DNA from: Catajapyx aquilonaris | Taxonomy: Eukaryota | Direction: 5' to 3' | NCBI GenBank assembly: GCA_000934665.2 | Contig: JYFJ02000985.1 | Location: 62,001-97,991 of the forward strand | Length of the DNA: 35,991 bases | Shown here: one piece after another, positions 23,667 to 34,400 of the stretch | How the letters are laid out: the number at the start of each line of letters is the position of its first letter | Position numbering within the stretch: position 1 is the stretch's first letter | Notes under the pieces: model-generated | What the model was told of the DNA's origin: nothing | What the model saw: only the letters and a program-made list of their open reading frames with translations | The model's database searches: none | Made by a program: the position numbers and the translations under genes

Positions 23667-24301
23667 CACTGTAACCCGCAAAACATTAAAAGAACGTCAC
23701 TAGCGAGTCTCCCACGTAGCATCAATTTTTAATGCTCTTCATAAGAGCATTAACGAGCATTAACAATTGATGCACCATGAGAGACTCAGTAGAGACTCAC
23801 TAATGATGCTCTTGTAATGTTTTTTGGTTGCTAAACTCAGCAACAAAAACATTAAAATAGCATTAAAAGCTTTAGGAGAGCATTAGAAGAGCATTAAAAA
23901 TTGATGCTCCATGGGAGACTCACTAATGATGCTCTTGTAATTTTTTTTGCTAAAAGCATTACAAGAACATCACTATAGTGAGTCTCCCACGAAGCATCAA
24001 TTTTTAATGCTCTTCTAATGCTCTTCTAAAGCTTTTTAATGCTATTTTAATGTTTTTGTTGCTGAGTTTAGCAACCAAAAAAACATTACAAGAGCATCAT
24101 CAAAGCAGTGAAACATCATCAAAGCATTAAAAGAGCATCACTACTGAGTCTCTCATGGAACATCAATTGTTAATGTTTTTAATGCTCTTGTGATGTTTTC
24201 TGTTGCTAAAAGCATCACAAAGCATTGAACATTTGTTTTTCTATTGGTGATGCTTTTTTGATGCTCTTTTAATGCTTTGTGGTGATTTGCGGTTTACAGT
24301 G
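23667..24301. mobile_element. Non-autonomous DNA element with CACTG termini, 2-bp TA TSD (EnSpm/CACTA-like) and internal foldback
   Basis: TA-CACTGTAACCCGCAAA ... TTTGCGGTTTACAGTG-TA. The interior is built of AGCATT/AATGCT subrepeats with a near-perfect inverted pair of about 135 bp (about 23801-23941 vs 23958-24100). Confidence 0.82.
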
Positions 24302-25220
24302 TAGCTACACAGTCAGCTGCAAACCCAAAAACGTTTCACAATGTTTTAAATGGCCTGCACTATGTCTGGCAAGAATTTTTTTGGCCACTGCATTTTCTCT
24401 ATAGATTATTGCACGTTGAATAGGGGTTATCATGAGTGCACTTAAGCTCGCAGCATGTTGTGAAGGATGGTTCCAAGTAGATCCTCCCGAATCCTCATCA
24501 GTGGATGGGTAGTACTTGAAGAGTCTGATGGGTTTTCACCTGAGTTGCAATCAACCTGGGCCCTGAATTACCCATTCGTTCCACCGCTGCTCTAACCCTC
24601 AGGGCTGGCTGTCATTCTGGCAGCCAACCGGACCCAAAGTGATTCTCTTTTTTTTTCCTTTCATTTTTTTTTCGGATGTGTGTATGTGTCAGACGTTTTG
24701 GGGGTAGGCCTTCCCAAAGCATTTATTTTGTCTGGATCGAGCCCCGCCGGCAAACCTTTCTCACTCCGTCGAATGGGAAATCACTGGCATCCATTCAAAC
24801 TTAAATGGGGTTGGATCTTTTGTCCCGGTTTGGAGTCAAAGGTTGCCACCCAATAATGCACTTAACATACGCAAAGTTCAGTGTTCGGGACAGCCACGTG
24901 CCTATAGCCAAGTTGTTTAAAATAGATGTAAAGAAACCGGAGGTTCTAGTGTAATTTTCCGAGAAGGTTTTGACACCAGGACATGGAAGAACCATCGGCA
25001 ACGTTGATGTTGCGGCCTTTCGTTGTCGTGTACACGTCCATCTAATAGATTTACGCGCCGTGTTTCTGTCGACGTCCTGCTTCTATACTCGATTAGGACG
25101 GAACCACGTCTGGGAACTGGTCACCAGACCAATAATTGTTTCATATTTCCAGAAAATGCTTAAAGAAAAATGTGGCAAAAACCTCAATGTTTGATTTAGT
25201 TAGAAGGCTTTTCAACAATT

Positions 25221-25437
25221 GGACGGTGTTATGCAATAATGTGTCAACCCACAAAAATTGTGTTAAACCCAGGAACTTATAATTACCCAAAGGGTCGTAT
25301 ACTTCATTCATTTATAATCAAGGTGGCGAAATCTGCATACTTCTGCCATAAATGACCGAAAAAGACACTGAATTAATTTCACTGGTGTCTCCAAACTGTT
25401 CTCATGTGGGTTGACTCATTACTGCATAACACTGTCC
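25221..25437. mobile_element. MITE with AATT TSD; family copy 2
   Basis: AATT-GGACGGTGTTATGCAATAATGTGTCAACCCAC ... GTGGGTTGACTCATTACTGCATAACACTGTCC-AATT; shares AATCTGCATACTTCTGCCATAAATGACCGAAAA and ACACTGAATTAATTTCAC with 4328-4558. Confidence 0.88.
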
Positions 25438-26660
25438 AATTTTAAACAATATTTCAATAAATTGTTTTGTACAACAAAGCACCACACAATATTTTATTGC
25501 AAACAAACCTGTTGGAATTAAATTAACTGCGCAGGACATAATTCCAGTTAATCTTCAAATTGTTTTCTCTTTAATTGTGCTCCATAATGCACTGAACTTC
25601 ATGCAGCATCGCTCGAGTTTGGACCCAAAAAAAAATCCGGGGTGAAGAATTCGTGCCTGGAGGAGATCTGTTAATTTTTATGATGCGGCAGGGTGTTGCC
25701 TAAATAAATGCCTGGGGTGTCCCACAGCATAGATAGGCATCGGTTTTAAGGGAGGCCAATTCTGGCAATTAACAGCTAGTGGCTTCCCAATGGGCCTGAA
25801 AAGAGCGACGCGTCCAACCCTTAAACCAGGTGTTAATTGATTACCTGGCCGTGAGAAAATTTATTTAGCGTATAAAGCGCCATTGGGGGAGTCCAAAATA
25901 TCTGCAGAGATCACGCTGAGTGAGGGGAAAAAAATGCTGATGGAGATAAGTCCAGATTTTTTTTAAATGCAAGCCCTTGGACTTTTACTCCCTTCCAGAT
26001 GTTGATTTACACTCGAATTTCCTTAGTGTAAACTCTAATTATTCTTCCTTTGAAAAAGTCGGGCCATTGCAAGAATTTTTATGGGTGCGGGTTACGACTC
26101 CGGCCAGGGACAGTTTGTTTATGAATTCATAAATCCTTATCGGCAAGTTTATTATTTTCATATATAATTCGCATGCGTTGTTAAGAGTGTTGCGCATTAT
26201 TATTATTTTTTATATATATTTTGTGGAGAGTGCCTCGTTTTTAGTCATGCAAGCAGGAACCCTAGAGTGATATAAAACCGTCGCTACCGAATCTTCGTTG
26301 GAGATTTACGAGCGGTTCGAATGTAGGAGGAAAGACGAGAGAGAGAAAAAAAAGCGATGGACCACTCGGTGTATTTAAATATTCAGGTCGTATACCTGAC
26401 GCCTTCAAAGAAAAAAAAAAGTGGACTGGATTTTTATTCAGTGCCGTTATGTTGATGGTACCTCCCTGAACTTGCTTGTAAATCATTATAATTATCATTA
26501 TAAAGCCACAACATGGCGCTATCTACACACAATATGCCGAGACGTTTAAATGTCTGCCGCCATAATCATTTTAGGTACTACTGCAGCAGGGTGCTACAAC
26601 AATACCTTTGGCCGGAATCATTACAGAAAATATATCTGCTGGCTACAAGTAAAAATTCAT

Positions 26661-26732
<72 letters not shown>
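26661..26732 (+). repeat. (CTA)24 microsatellite
   Basis: Perfect trinucleotide run; source of the spurious poly-T and poly-L ORFs. Confidence 0.97.
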
Positions 26733-26733
<1 letters not shown>

Positions 26734-26912
26734 AGTTGACTCCGGATATAACATATTCTCGGTTATAGCAGACTCGAAAGGCTGGTGCTGCCATACTTCT
26801 ATAATATAGGCTACTATAATTATATGGGCCGTGTATCTGGCTGTAACAGACCTCGGTTATAGCAGACTGATTTCCGTGATCCCTTGAAGTCTGTTACATC
26901 CGGAGTCTACTG
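26733..26912. mobile_element. Tigger/pogo-like MITE, TA TSD
   Basis: TA-CAGTTGACTCCGGATATAACA ... TGTTACATCCGGAGTCTACTG-TA; internal CTCGGTTATAGCAGACT repeated twice; termini resemble 867-1189. Confidence 0.82.
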
Positions 26913-27065
26913 TACGACGACGACTACTAATACTACACTATAGGCTACAAGCAAACAAACTTTGCCTGTTATAATAGACCTAAAGGGAGATTTATTTGTG
27001 TTTTATGGCAACCCGTTGTTGTGGTCACCGAATCTGGACCAACTTTGGCGTTTATAATAAAGCAT

Positions 27066-27067
27066 AT

Positions 27068-27122
<55 letters not shown>

Positions 27123-27123
27123 T
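27066..27123 (+). repeat. (TATT)n microsatellite, about 14 units
   Basis: Perfect tetranucleotide run. Confidence 0.95.
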
Positions 27124-28140
27124 AGTAGCCCGTGGTTGCCATCATTGTTACCAAACATGGACAAACAGACATGCAAACACCGCCTTTCGTAATCACAGAA
27201 ATGGTTTGGTAATGTAAAGTTTTAAAGTGAACCAAAATGGTGCATGTGTCATGGCTCAGACGCGTCTCGATCGCGTCTGCTCATGTAGTCTACATTTCGA
27301 TCCTGCTCACCCCGCAACCCTCCATATACGTGTATACAGTATGCCCGACGCTAAGGCCAGGTCCTTCCAGCATTTCCAGTTCCAATCCCAACCACCAGCT
27401 GGAGTTGGCCCACCTCCAGAGGATCGTTACCAATTTTTTTCTTTTTTTCTTTTTCTGAATTTCTCTGGAAATATTTCCCTCCTTCCCTCCCTCCAGCTTT
27501 CCTCCCCCCCCCCCTTCTCTTCCCCCTGATGGCGGGGCATTTGTGCCCGGAGTGCAATCCATCATTGGCGGTCTTTTCCTCGGCGGCCTCTGGTCGTGAG
27601 CTGTCGAGCTGCTGCTGTGGGGTATATACTGAGGGGGAAGGGAGGGAAGGGAAGGCTGGGAGGATCGAGCAGAAGGGGAAGGAAGGAAGAGGGAGAAAAG
27701 CCGCCTACGCTCTTGATGAATATTCCCCGCAACCCCCGCACGCAATCATAATCTTTTGAATATATCTCCCCGAGCTTATTATAATCCATTCTCTTCCACC
27801 CCCTCAATGCCTGATGATGCCTGCCTATATACCCCCCCCCCAAAAAAAAACTACCCCAACACCCGTTTCCTCGTGCCAATCGGACTTATTAATCACTCAA
27901 ATCTACGACGTCACTCCAACACTGTGCACACACACATGGCTGTGATGAACACAGAAATATAAATATAGGAGCTGGGATAAATGAAATTTTGCGCCCAATA
28001 GTATGTTGTGCGTGCAAAAGGCGATGTTTCTAATGCAGTATGTATGGGGTGGGTGTGACGGGGCCCAACAGAGAGGGAAGAGGAGGAGGAGGAGGAATAT
28101 GGACCTATATTGCTCGTCGATTGTCCCGTTTATTTCTCTC

Positions 28141-28170
28141 CCCACCCACCCACCCACCCACCCACCCACC
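28141..28170 (+). repeat. (CCCA)n microsatellite
   Basis: About 7 CCCA units. Confidence 0.85.
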
Positions 28171-28362
28171 TCAACCACTTCCCAGCTTATCACCCACCGG
28201 TTGCTCCCATAAAAAAAGGGACAAGGATAGGAGAGGGGGAAGGCGAAAAAAATGAGGGAAAAAGTGACTCTCAGAGAACTATGGGGGTGCGTACAAGGAC
28301 ATATGCGACGTTGCAACACCGCCCGTCTAACAATACCTAATGACAATAACAATCATTTCAAT

Positions 28363-29105
28363 AAACGTAATAATAATTAATAATTAATAACTAATCGCAA
28401 TAATTAATAACTAATCGTAATAATTAATAACTAATCGTAATAATTAATAACTACCTAATAATGCTACTTAATAAGTAATAAATAATAGCCAATAGTAACT
28501 AACAGTTAATAATAACTATAATAATTAAGGCTAGTTAATAACTAACAACACTAACTAGTACGTAATAACAAGTTAATAATAACTAATAACAACTAATAAT
28601 AACTATTAACAACTAATAATAACTAATAACAACTAATAATAACTATTAACAACTAATAATAACTAATAACAACTAATAATAACTTGTAACAACTAATAAT
28701 AACTTGTAATAACTAATACCAAGTTAATAATAGCTGCTAATAATAACTAGTTAATAATAACTAATAACAAGTTAATAATAACTATTAATAACTAATAATA
28801 ACTTGTAATAACTAATAATAACTAATAATAACTAATAATAACTAATAATAACTTGTAATAACTATTAATAACTAATAATAACTTGTAATAACTAATAACA
28901 AGTTAATAATAGCTGCTAATAATAACTAGCTGATAATAATGGCTAGTAAAACAAATAATAATAGCTAGTAAAAACTAACAATATTACTAATTAGTAGTAC
29001 CGTAACTAATTATTAGAATTATTATTAACTGATAGCTAATTATTGTTATAAAATAATAAACGTCTATTAATAACTAATACCTAATACTGATGGCTATTAA
29101 TAGCT
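28363..29105 (+). repeat. AT-rich minisatellite, 9-bp core AACTAATAA(T/C), with 21-bp units at the left edge
   Basis: Repeated AACTAATAAT/AACTAATAAC/AACTTGTAAT units and TAATAATTAATAACTAATCG(C/T) units at about 28370-28450. Confidence 0.92.
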
Positions 29106-29583
29106 AACAGCAATCATCATCATAGTCTGATAGTCATCAAGTGAATATAACCAACAGTGATGTTAACATGCGTCGTATAGGGTCCAGTTTATGCTTTAAG
29201 GCATGCATAAATTAGTGGTGTGTAACCTGCAGGGGCAATTTGCATAATTGCGAATATTAGCGTGCCCATTTTTTTGCGCAGATTTTGATTTGCGATGGGG
29301 ACCAACCTATTTTTTCTATATCCGTATTTGCTTGTGTTTTGTTGTGTTGGAATTTTGCATGTATATTTTTGTGCGAATTTTGCGTACATTTACCCTTCCC
29401 CCATCCCTTTTCATCCAGCTGTGTGCCCAATGTTCTTCCCTTTTCCCTTCCTCGTTAATTCCCGCCTCGTTGCGCGCCGTTTCCAAGTCTTTTTCCTCAC
29501 TTTTTACCCTCCTTTTTAAAAATCTTTTTTATTTATTTTTTACACCCTGTACAGCTCCCCCCCCCCAACCACTCCCCGTCCGA

Positions 29584-29700
29584 CCAATCAATAACGCGCG
29601 TGATCCCCCACGTGACCGGCCCATTCCAGCCAATCCCCATCCAGCTCACATCCACCCCCATAAAAAGCTGCTACTAACCAGCAGCCAATATCGGTTCAAA
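29584..29700 (+). promoter_or_regulatory. Candidate FBXL14 core promoter
   Basis: CCAAT at 29584 and 29630, E-box CACGTG at 29609-29614, TATA-like CATAAAAAG at 29659-29667, and Inr-like TCGGTT at 29691 about 30 nt downstream; GC-rich leader continues to the ATG. Motif inspection only. Confidence 0.4.
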
Positions 29701-29879
29701 ACATCAACATTATTTATCCAGTGCGAACTGTAGTGTCCCCATCAACGATACCAGTTCGGACAGCGAGCGCAGCAAACAGGATCCGCTCCGGAACCGGCCC
29801 TGGACTGTTGCCAACAGGCCATTCTTTACTTGTACATCAGAGTTGTTGTTGGCACCACTGATCGCAAGGAGTAGCTGCT

Positions 29880-30020
29880 ATGCTACCTGCCGAGTTTGTC
29901 AGTGTCGCCACCTGTCGCCCCCCCCTGGCGAACTACTTCCCTCCCCCCTCCCCGGAGCATTTTGCTGTTGGCTCCCCTTTCTCCGAACGTTTTTCGGACC
30001 ATCCGCCCCGAGCTTGTTGA
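29880..30020 (+). other. Upstream ORF before FBXL14 (46 aa, MLPAEFVSVATCRPPLANYFPPPSPEHF...PPRAC*), in frame with FBXL14
   Basis: ATG at 29880, TGA at 30018-30020, then 13 sense codons to the ATG at 30060. Depends on the transcription start lying upstream of 29880. Confidence 0.45.
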
Positions 30021-30059
30021 GAGTCGGGCGGGGGAGCATCACTCGCGGCCGCAACAAAG

Positions 30060-31427
30060 ATGGAGTCGGTCCGGCGCTGCACGGAGCGCGACCCCTCCGA
30101 GACCATCCTGCTCCAGCCGGTGATGCCTTTGCCGTCGGACGAGCCGTCGTCTGCCCAAGCCCAGCACCACCACGACCTGGCCGCGATGGCTCTCCTACCG
30201 CCAGCCGCGAGCTCCCCGTCCTCGCCCCTCCTTCCAGTGTCCGGAACGCACGTGTCCAGGCTCTACCCCGAGATCCTGGCGCTCATCTTCGGCTACCTGG
30301 ACGTCCGGGACAAAGGGAGGGTGGCCCAGGTATGCGTTGGCTGGAGGGACGCCGCGTACCACAAGTCCGTCTGGAGAGGGGTGGAGGCCAAGCTGCATCT
30401 CAGGAGGGCCAACAGCTCGCTCTTCCCTTCCTTAGTCCGGAGAGGGATCAAGCGAGTCCAGGTCCTGTCCCTCAGGAGGAGCCTCCGGGACCTCATCCAG
30501 GGGATACCCAACCTGCAGAGCCTGAGCCTGAGCGGGTGCTACAACGTGACGGACGTGGGGCTGGCTCATGCGTTTGTGACCGAGGTTCCCTCGCTCACCC
30601 AACTCAATCTCAGCCTGTGTAAGCAGGTGACCGACACCAGCCTGGGTCGGATAGCCCAGTACCTTAAGAACCTGGAGGTGCTGGAGCTGGGCGGGTGCTG
30701 TAATGTGACCAACACCGGTTTGCTGCTGGTGGCATGGGGGTTGAAGAAGCTGAGGCGGCTCAACCTCAGGTCCTGCTGGCTCATATCGGATCATGGCATT
30801 GGACAGCTGGCCGGACTCGAACGGAGGGAGAGCGTCGAGGGGAATCTGGCGCTGGAGCACCTAGGCCTGCAGGACTGCCAGAAGCTGTCGGACGAAGCCC
30901 TCAAGTTTGTGTCCATGGGACTCGGTAACCTGAAGAGCATCAACTTGAGCTTCTGTGTGAGCGTGACTGACTCGGGGCTCAAGCATCTGGCCAAGATGTC
31001 GTCCCTGAGGGAGCTGAACCTGCGCTCATGCGACAACGTGTCGGACGTCGGGATGATGTTCCTGGCCGAGGGTGGATCCCGCATTGCGTCGCTGGATGTG
31101 TCCTTTTGCGACAAGATTGGCGACCAGGCCTTGGTGCATGTGTCCCAGGGGCTGTTCAACCTGCGGTCGTTGTCCCTGTCCGCGTGTCAGGTCTCGGACG
31201 AGGGCATTTGCAGGGTGGCCGAGACGCTTCACGATCTCGAGACCCTCAATATTGGCCAGTGCTCTAGGATTACCGATCGGGGTCTGACCGCCATCTCCGA
31301 GCATCTCCGCAACCTGAGGAACATTGACCTCTACGGGTGCACCAAGATCACTACTGTCGGGCTCGAGAGGATTATGAAGCTCCCGCAGCTCAGCGTGCTC
31401 AACCTCGGGCTCTGGCACATCAGGTGA
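30060..31427 (+). CDS. FBXL14: F-box/leucine-rich-repeat protein 14 (Partner of paired, Ppa), SCF E3 ligase substrate adaptor; intronless CDS, 455 aa
   Basis: F-box THVSRLYPEILALIFGYLDVRDKGRVAQVCVGWRDAAYHKSVWRGVEAKLHLRRAN is nearly identical to the FBXL14 N-terminus. It is followed by about 11 Cys-containing LRRs (LxxLxLxxCxxxTDxGL) and ends LSVLNLGLWHIR. Start context ACAAAGATGG; GC-rich codon usage against AT-rich flanks. Confidence 0.97.
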   Translation: MESVRRCTERDPSETILLQPVMPLPSDEPSSAQAQHHHDLAAMALLPPAASSPSSPLLPVSGTHVSRLYPEILALIFGYLDVRDKGRVAQVCVGWRDAAYHKSVWRGVEAKLHLRRANSSLFPSLVRRGIKRVQVLSLRRSLRDLIQGIPNLQSLSLSGCYNVTDVGLAHAFVTEVPSLTQLNLSLCKQVTDTSLGRIAQYLKNLEVLELGGCCNVTNTGLLLVAWGLKKLRRLNLRSCWLISDHGIGQLAGLERRESVEGNLALEHLGLQDCQKLSDEALKFVSMGLGNLKSINLSFCVSVTDSGLKHLAKMSSLRELNLRSCDNVSDVGMMFLAEGGSRIASLDVSFCDKIGDQALVHVSQGLFNLRSLSLSACQVSDEGICRVAETLHDLETLNIGQCSRITDRGLTAISEHLRNLRNIDLYGCTKITTVGLERIMKLPQLSVLNLGLWHIR

Positions 31428-34400
31428 AACTCGGTGTGCGGGTGTGTGGATTATTGAAATGGGGGAGAGTGCGATCGGAACATACAGGGTGCGAGCAAAC
31501 CTCTTTTTTTTAAAAACATGAGTCGAGCGGAGGTTGGGTTTTGATAGGAATTTGGACGTTTACGTACTTTGACCATACCCAGTTGTGTTGAATCGTTGCT
31601 TATTTCTGGCACTTAGTTTATTATTGAGGAGTAATTCTTCCTATGTAGTAGGATTGCCATTTGATTCATCAGCATTGATTATTATTCCAATAAAAATTTG
31701 GAAAATATTTACAAAATTTGTGCAAGCATATATAATTTTTAGGCAATCGCTTGCCAATTTTATTTTTTTCTTAATGCCTTGAGCTGCAATTAGTTTTGTA
31801 TCAGGCTTGCTTGCTTTGTAAGTAAACTTGGTGATATTTTAAATGGGGGCAGTTTGTTTTGTTCAGCCTCAATTCTTTGTTAAGTTTCAAACCTAGTTAA
31901 TTCTTGTTTAGAAGTTTTTTTGCAAGTAATGTTATTAAAATTGAAGCATTTGTTCAGTAGCCATTTATGTGTAAGTTGTAAAATATTGCAAAATTTTAAG
32001 GTCAATTAGGCTTGAAAGCAAGGGCTGGATTCATTAACTTGCGAGATCATTAGAGATGCTGCGGAAATACGTACAACCGAGATGCACAAAATTTGTTGTA
32101 GCCTTAATACCTCGTAACTTCAAAAGTTGAATTCACCAAGTAACATGGCGTACCATCCCTTTTCTTCCCACCCACCCTCCTCTCCTCATGTCCAAAATGG
32201 CTGACATGGCCACCGGAAACCACACCATTTCCACACCCAGCCCGTCCTTCGATCCTCACCTGCGTCGTCCGCCAGCAGTCGCACCACTCACAGTGGCAGC
32301 TAGTTCGGATGTAACATTACAACAAAAATCTCGCTTGCAACTTTTACTGAATCCAGCTTCAGGCTTTGAATTTTTGATTACTGAAGCTCTCTGCCTGCAG
32401 TAAGTAACTTTAATGTACCGAATGCAGTGAAACTTGCCTATGAAGGAGTCGCTTTGTTCTGATAAAAATATACTGAACAGGTGTCCATTTTATGGAATAA
32501 TCTTATGTGGGACCAAACAAAAGTACAGCGATTTTGTATTTGCGGTTCATTCTAAGCAGGTTTCACTGCGCCACTCATTGGCAGTTTCAACGTACTTGTA
32601 CCGAACAATTTTTCAAATAACAAAAAATCACCAGACCCCTGTTTAAAACAGTTCTTAAATTACATCTTGCAGCAAAAATTTGACTACTACATATAATGCA
32701 TATGATTTACGAGTAACTGATGGTCAGCGCACTGTGCGTTCTCATGTTATCCACTTTTTTTTAGAACAATGATGATTTATTTCGCAGTCTGCCACTATAG
32801 ATCACGCCAATTATTTGCAGGTTACAGCAATTCTGTGTTGACAATCGATGCTATTGTTCAAGTGCTGAATTACCCCGTTTTTTAAAGGGCGCCATTTCGC
32901 CAACCCAACCTCCCTTCGAAGACATCCTGCGACTATGACACGAGTCAAAAAAATGCGACATAGACTGTCAACCTAGGTAACCAAATAGGACGTGAGAGTT
33001 GACCGGAGTTCTGGTTACACACCCTGAACTCTTCTCATTTTTTTGTTATCAAATGAGCAGACCTCAAAAAGGGACATAATGAACACACATAACTTGTGGA
33101 GAGAAAAAAGCAACCCTTAAGACAAACCGAAATATGCAAACAAGGGAAGAACAAAAAAAAAAAAAATTGCATCAAACACTTTTTTTGTCCAGGAAATGCA
33201 TTCACCGTCAAGTCATACACTTTGTTTATATTTTTTTTGTACATTTGTGGGGAGTATAGTTGATGAGTGACTTATGAAGGAGTATTTGTATCCGTGTTGG
33301 AAGTTTTTTTTTTCTTCTTGTGATTGTTCATGTTGATGACTTTAGATAGTGAGTAACAATTGGTTGTTTATGAAGGGATTTTTTTTAAAAAATGAAGAAC
33401 ACATGTGGAAAGGAAAAAAGTCCCTCAGGCAGTCGTACCCTCCTTTGATTCGGTGGGGATTGTGATGCATTACGTGAAAAGAGCGCTCTAAAAAGGATAT
33501 TTTTGACGTAACGTGCTCTACCTAAACAAGAGAGAAAAATCGCACACTAGATGCATTGCAGTTGGTTTTTGTCTCTTTTTCTTTTCGGCCAGTGGAGTTT
33601 CATGCAGTTAATTTTCTTTTAAAAAAAAATATTTGCAACGCATGTACAGGTTGTTAAAGATGGGGTTTTATGTTGCTGCATTTTATTATTATTATTATTA
33701 CTATTGCTACTATTATTAATTATTATTTTCATTTCCTTTTTGCATGGCAATCAGTTTGAAGGCAGGTTATTTTCGTTGGGCATATATTAAGGGGACAAAG
33801 CAGCAAAGACTGAACTTTTTTTCAAGGAAAAGTCAATGTGCCATTTGGGAAGTTAGTGGTGTCAAGGTTGCCAAATTATCAATTGCCCAACTTAGTGACC
33901 ATTGAGTGTTCAGTTATTGCTTTTGACAGGGGAAAGGTGTAATTGCAGCTGTACGTAAGGGAAGGGTCAAGTTGCCGCAGCAAGCTGTTTTTCGCAAAAG
34001 AACAAAATATAGTAGCAGTCGTGTGCTGGGTGCCTTTTAATCTGTAATGGCAACGCGACAGAATGGGATTCTTGTGATCTTTTGTTACTCCCACCCACCC
34101 ACCGCCTTCTGACCCATTTCATTTTTTGGCTTCCCCCCCTGCCGAATCAGGATAATTTTTTCCCCTTCAAATCTGCCCCATCCTTGGTAAAGAACATTCA
34201 CCCATTTTTTATTTTTTTGTCCTAGGGAGCAAGCCCAGGAGGTTCTAACCATTTTTTAAAGGCCCGTTATCTGTGTGATGTGCACCATTTTTGTTAGGTT
34301 CTCCGCAGAGAAGCACCTCGGTGCAAAAAAGTGCAGTTTGACGGAATCAGTGCTCAGCAATTGCAATAGTGGATTCCTGACACCTGCGAGATTCCCATCG

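Noticed and set aside
26513..26809. Poly-Thr and poly-Leu ORFs; likewise (RE)n/(SL)n ORFs at 2302-2757 and (YLFI)n at 26996-27217
   Set aside because: Translations of microsatellites.
29640..29745. Minus-strand TGGAT|GTGAGC as the Wnt5 first coding exon
   Set aside because: Phase fits, but there is no in-frame ATG or convincing signal peptide; 17790-17669 fits much better.
29843..30622. 259-aa overlapping ORF and antisense ORFs within FBXL14
   Set aside because: Shadow frames of a GC-rich CDS; non-ATG start, low-complexity Pro/Arg/Gly content and no recognisable domain.
30060..31427. FBXL14 as a processed retrocopy because it lacks introns
   Set aside because: The ORF is intact, there is no poly(A) tail or flanking duplication, the orthologous CDS is also largely intronless, and the position next to Wnt5 is the ancestral one.
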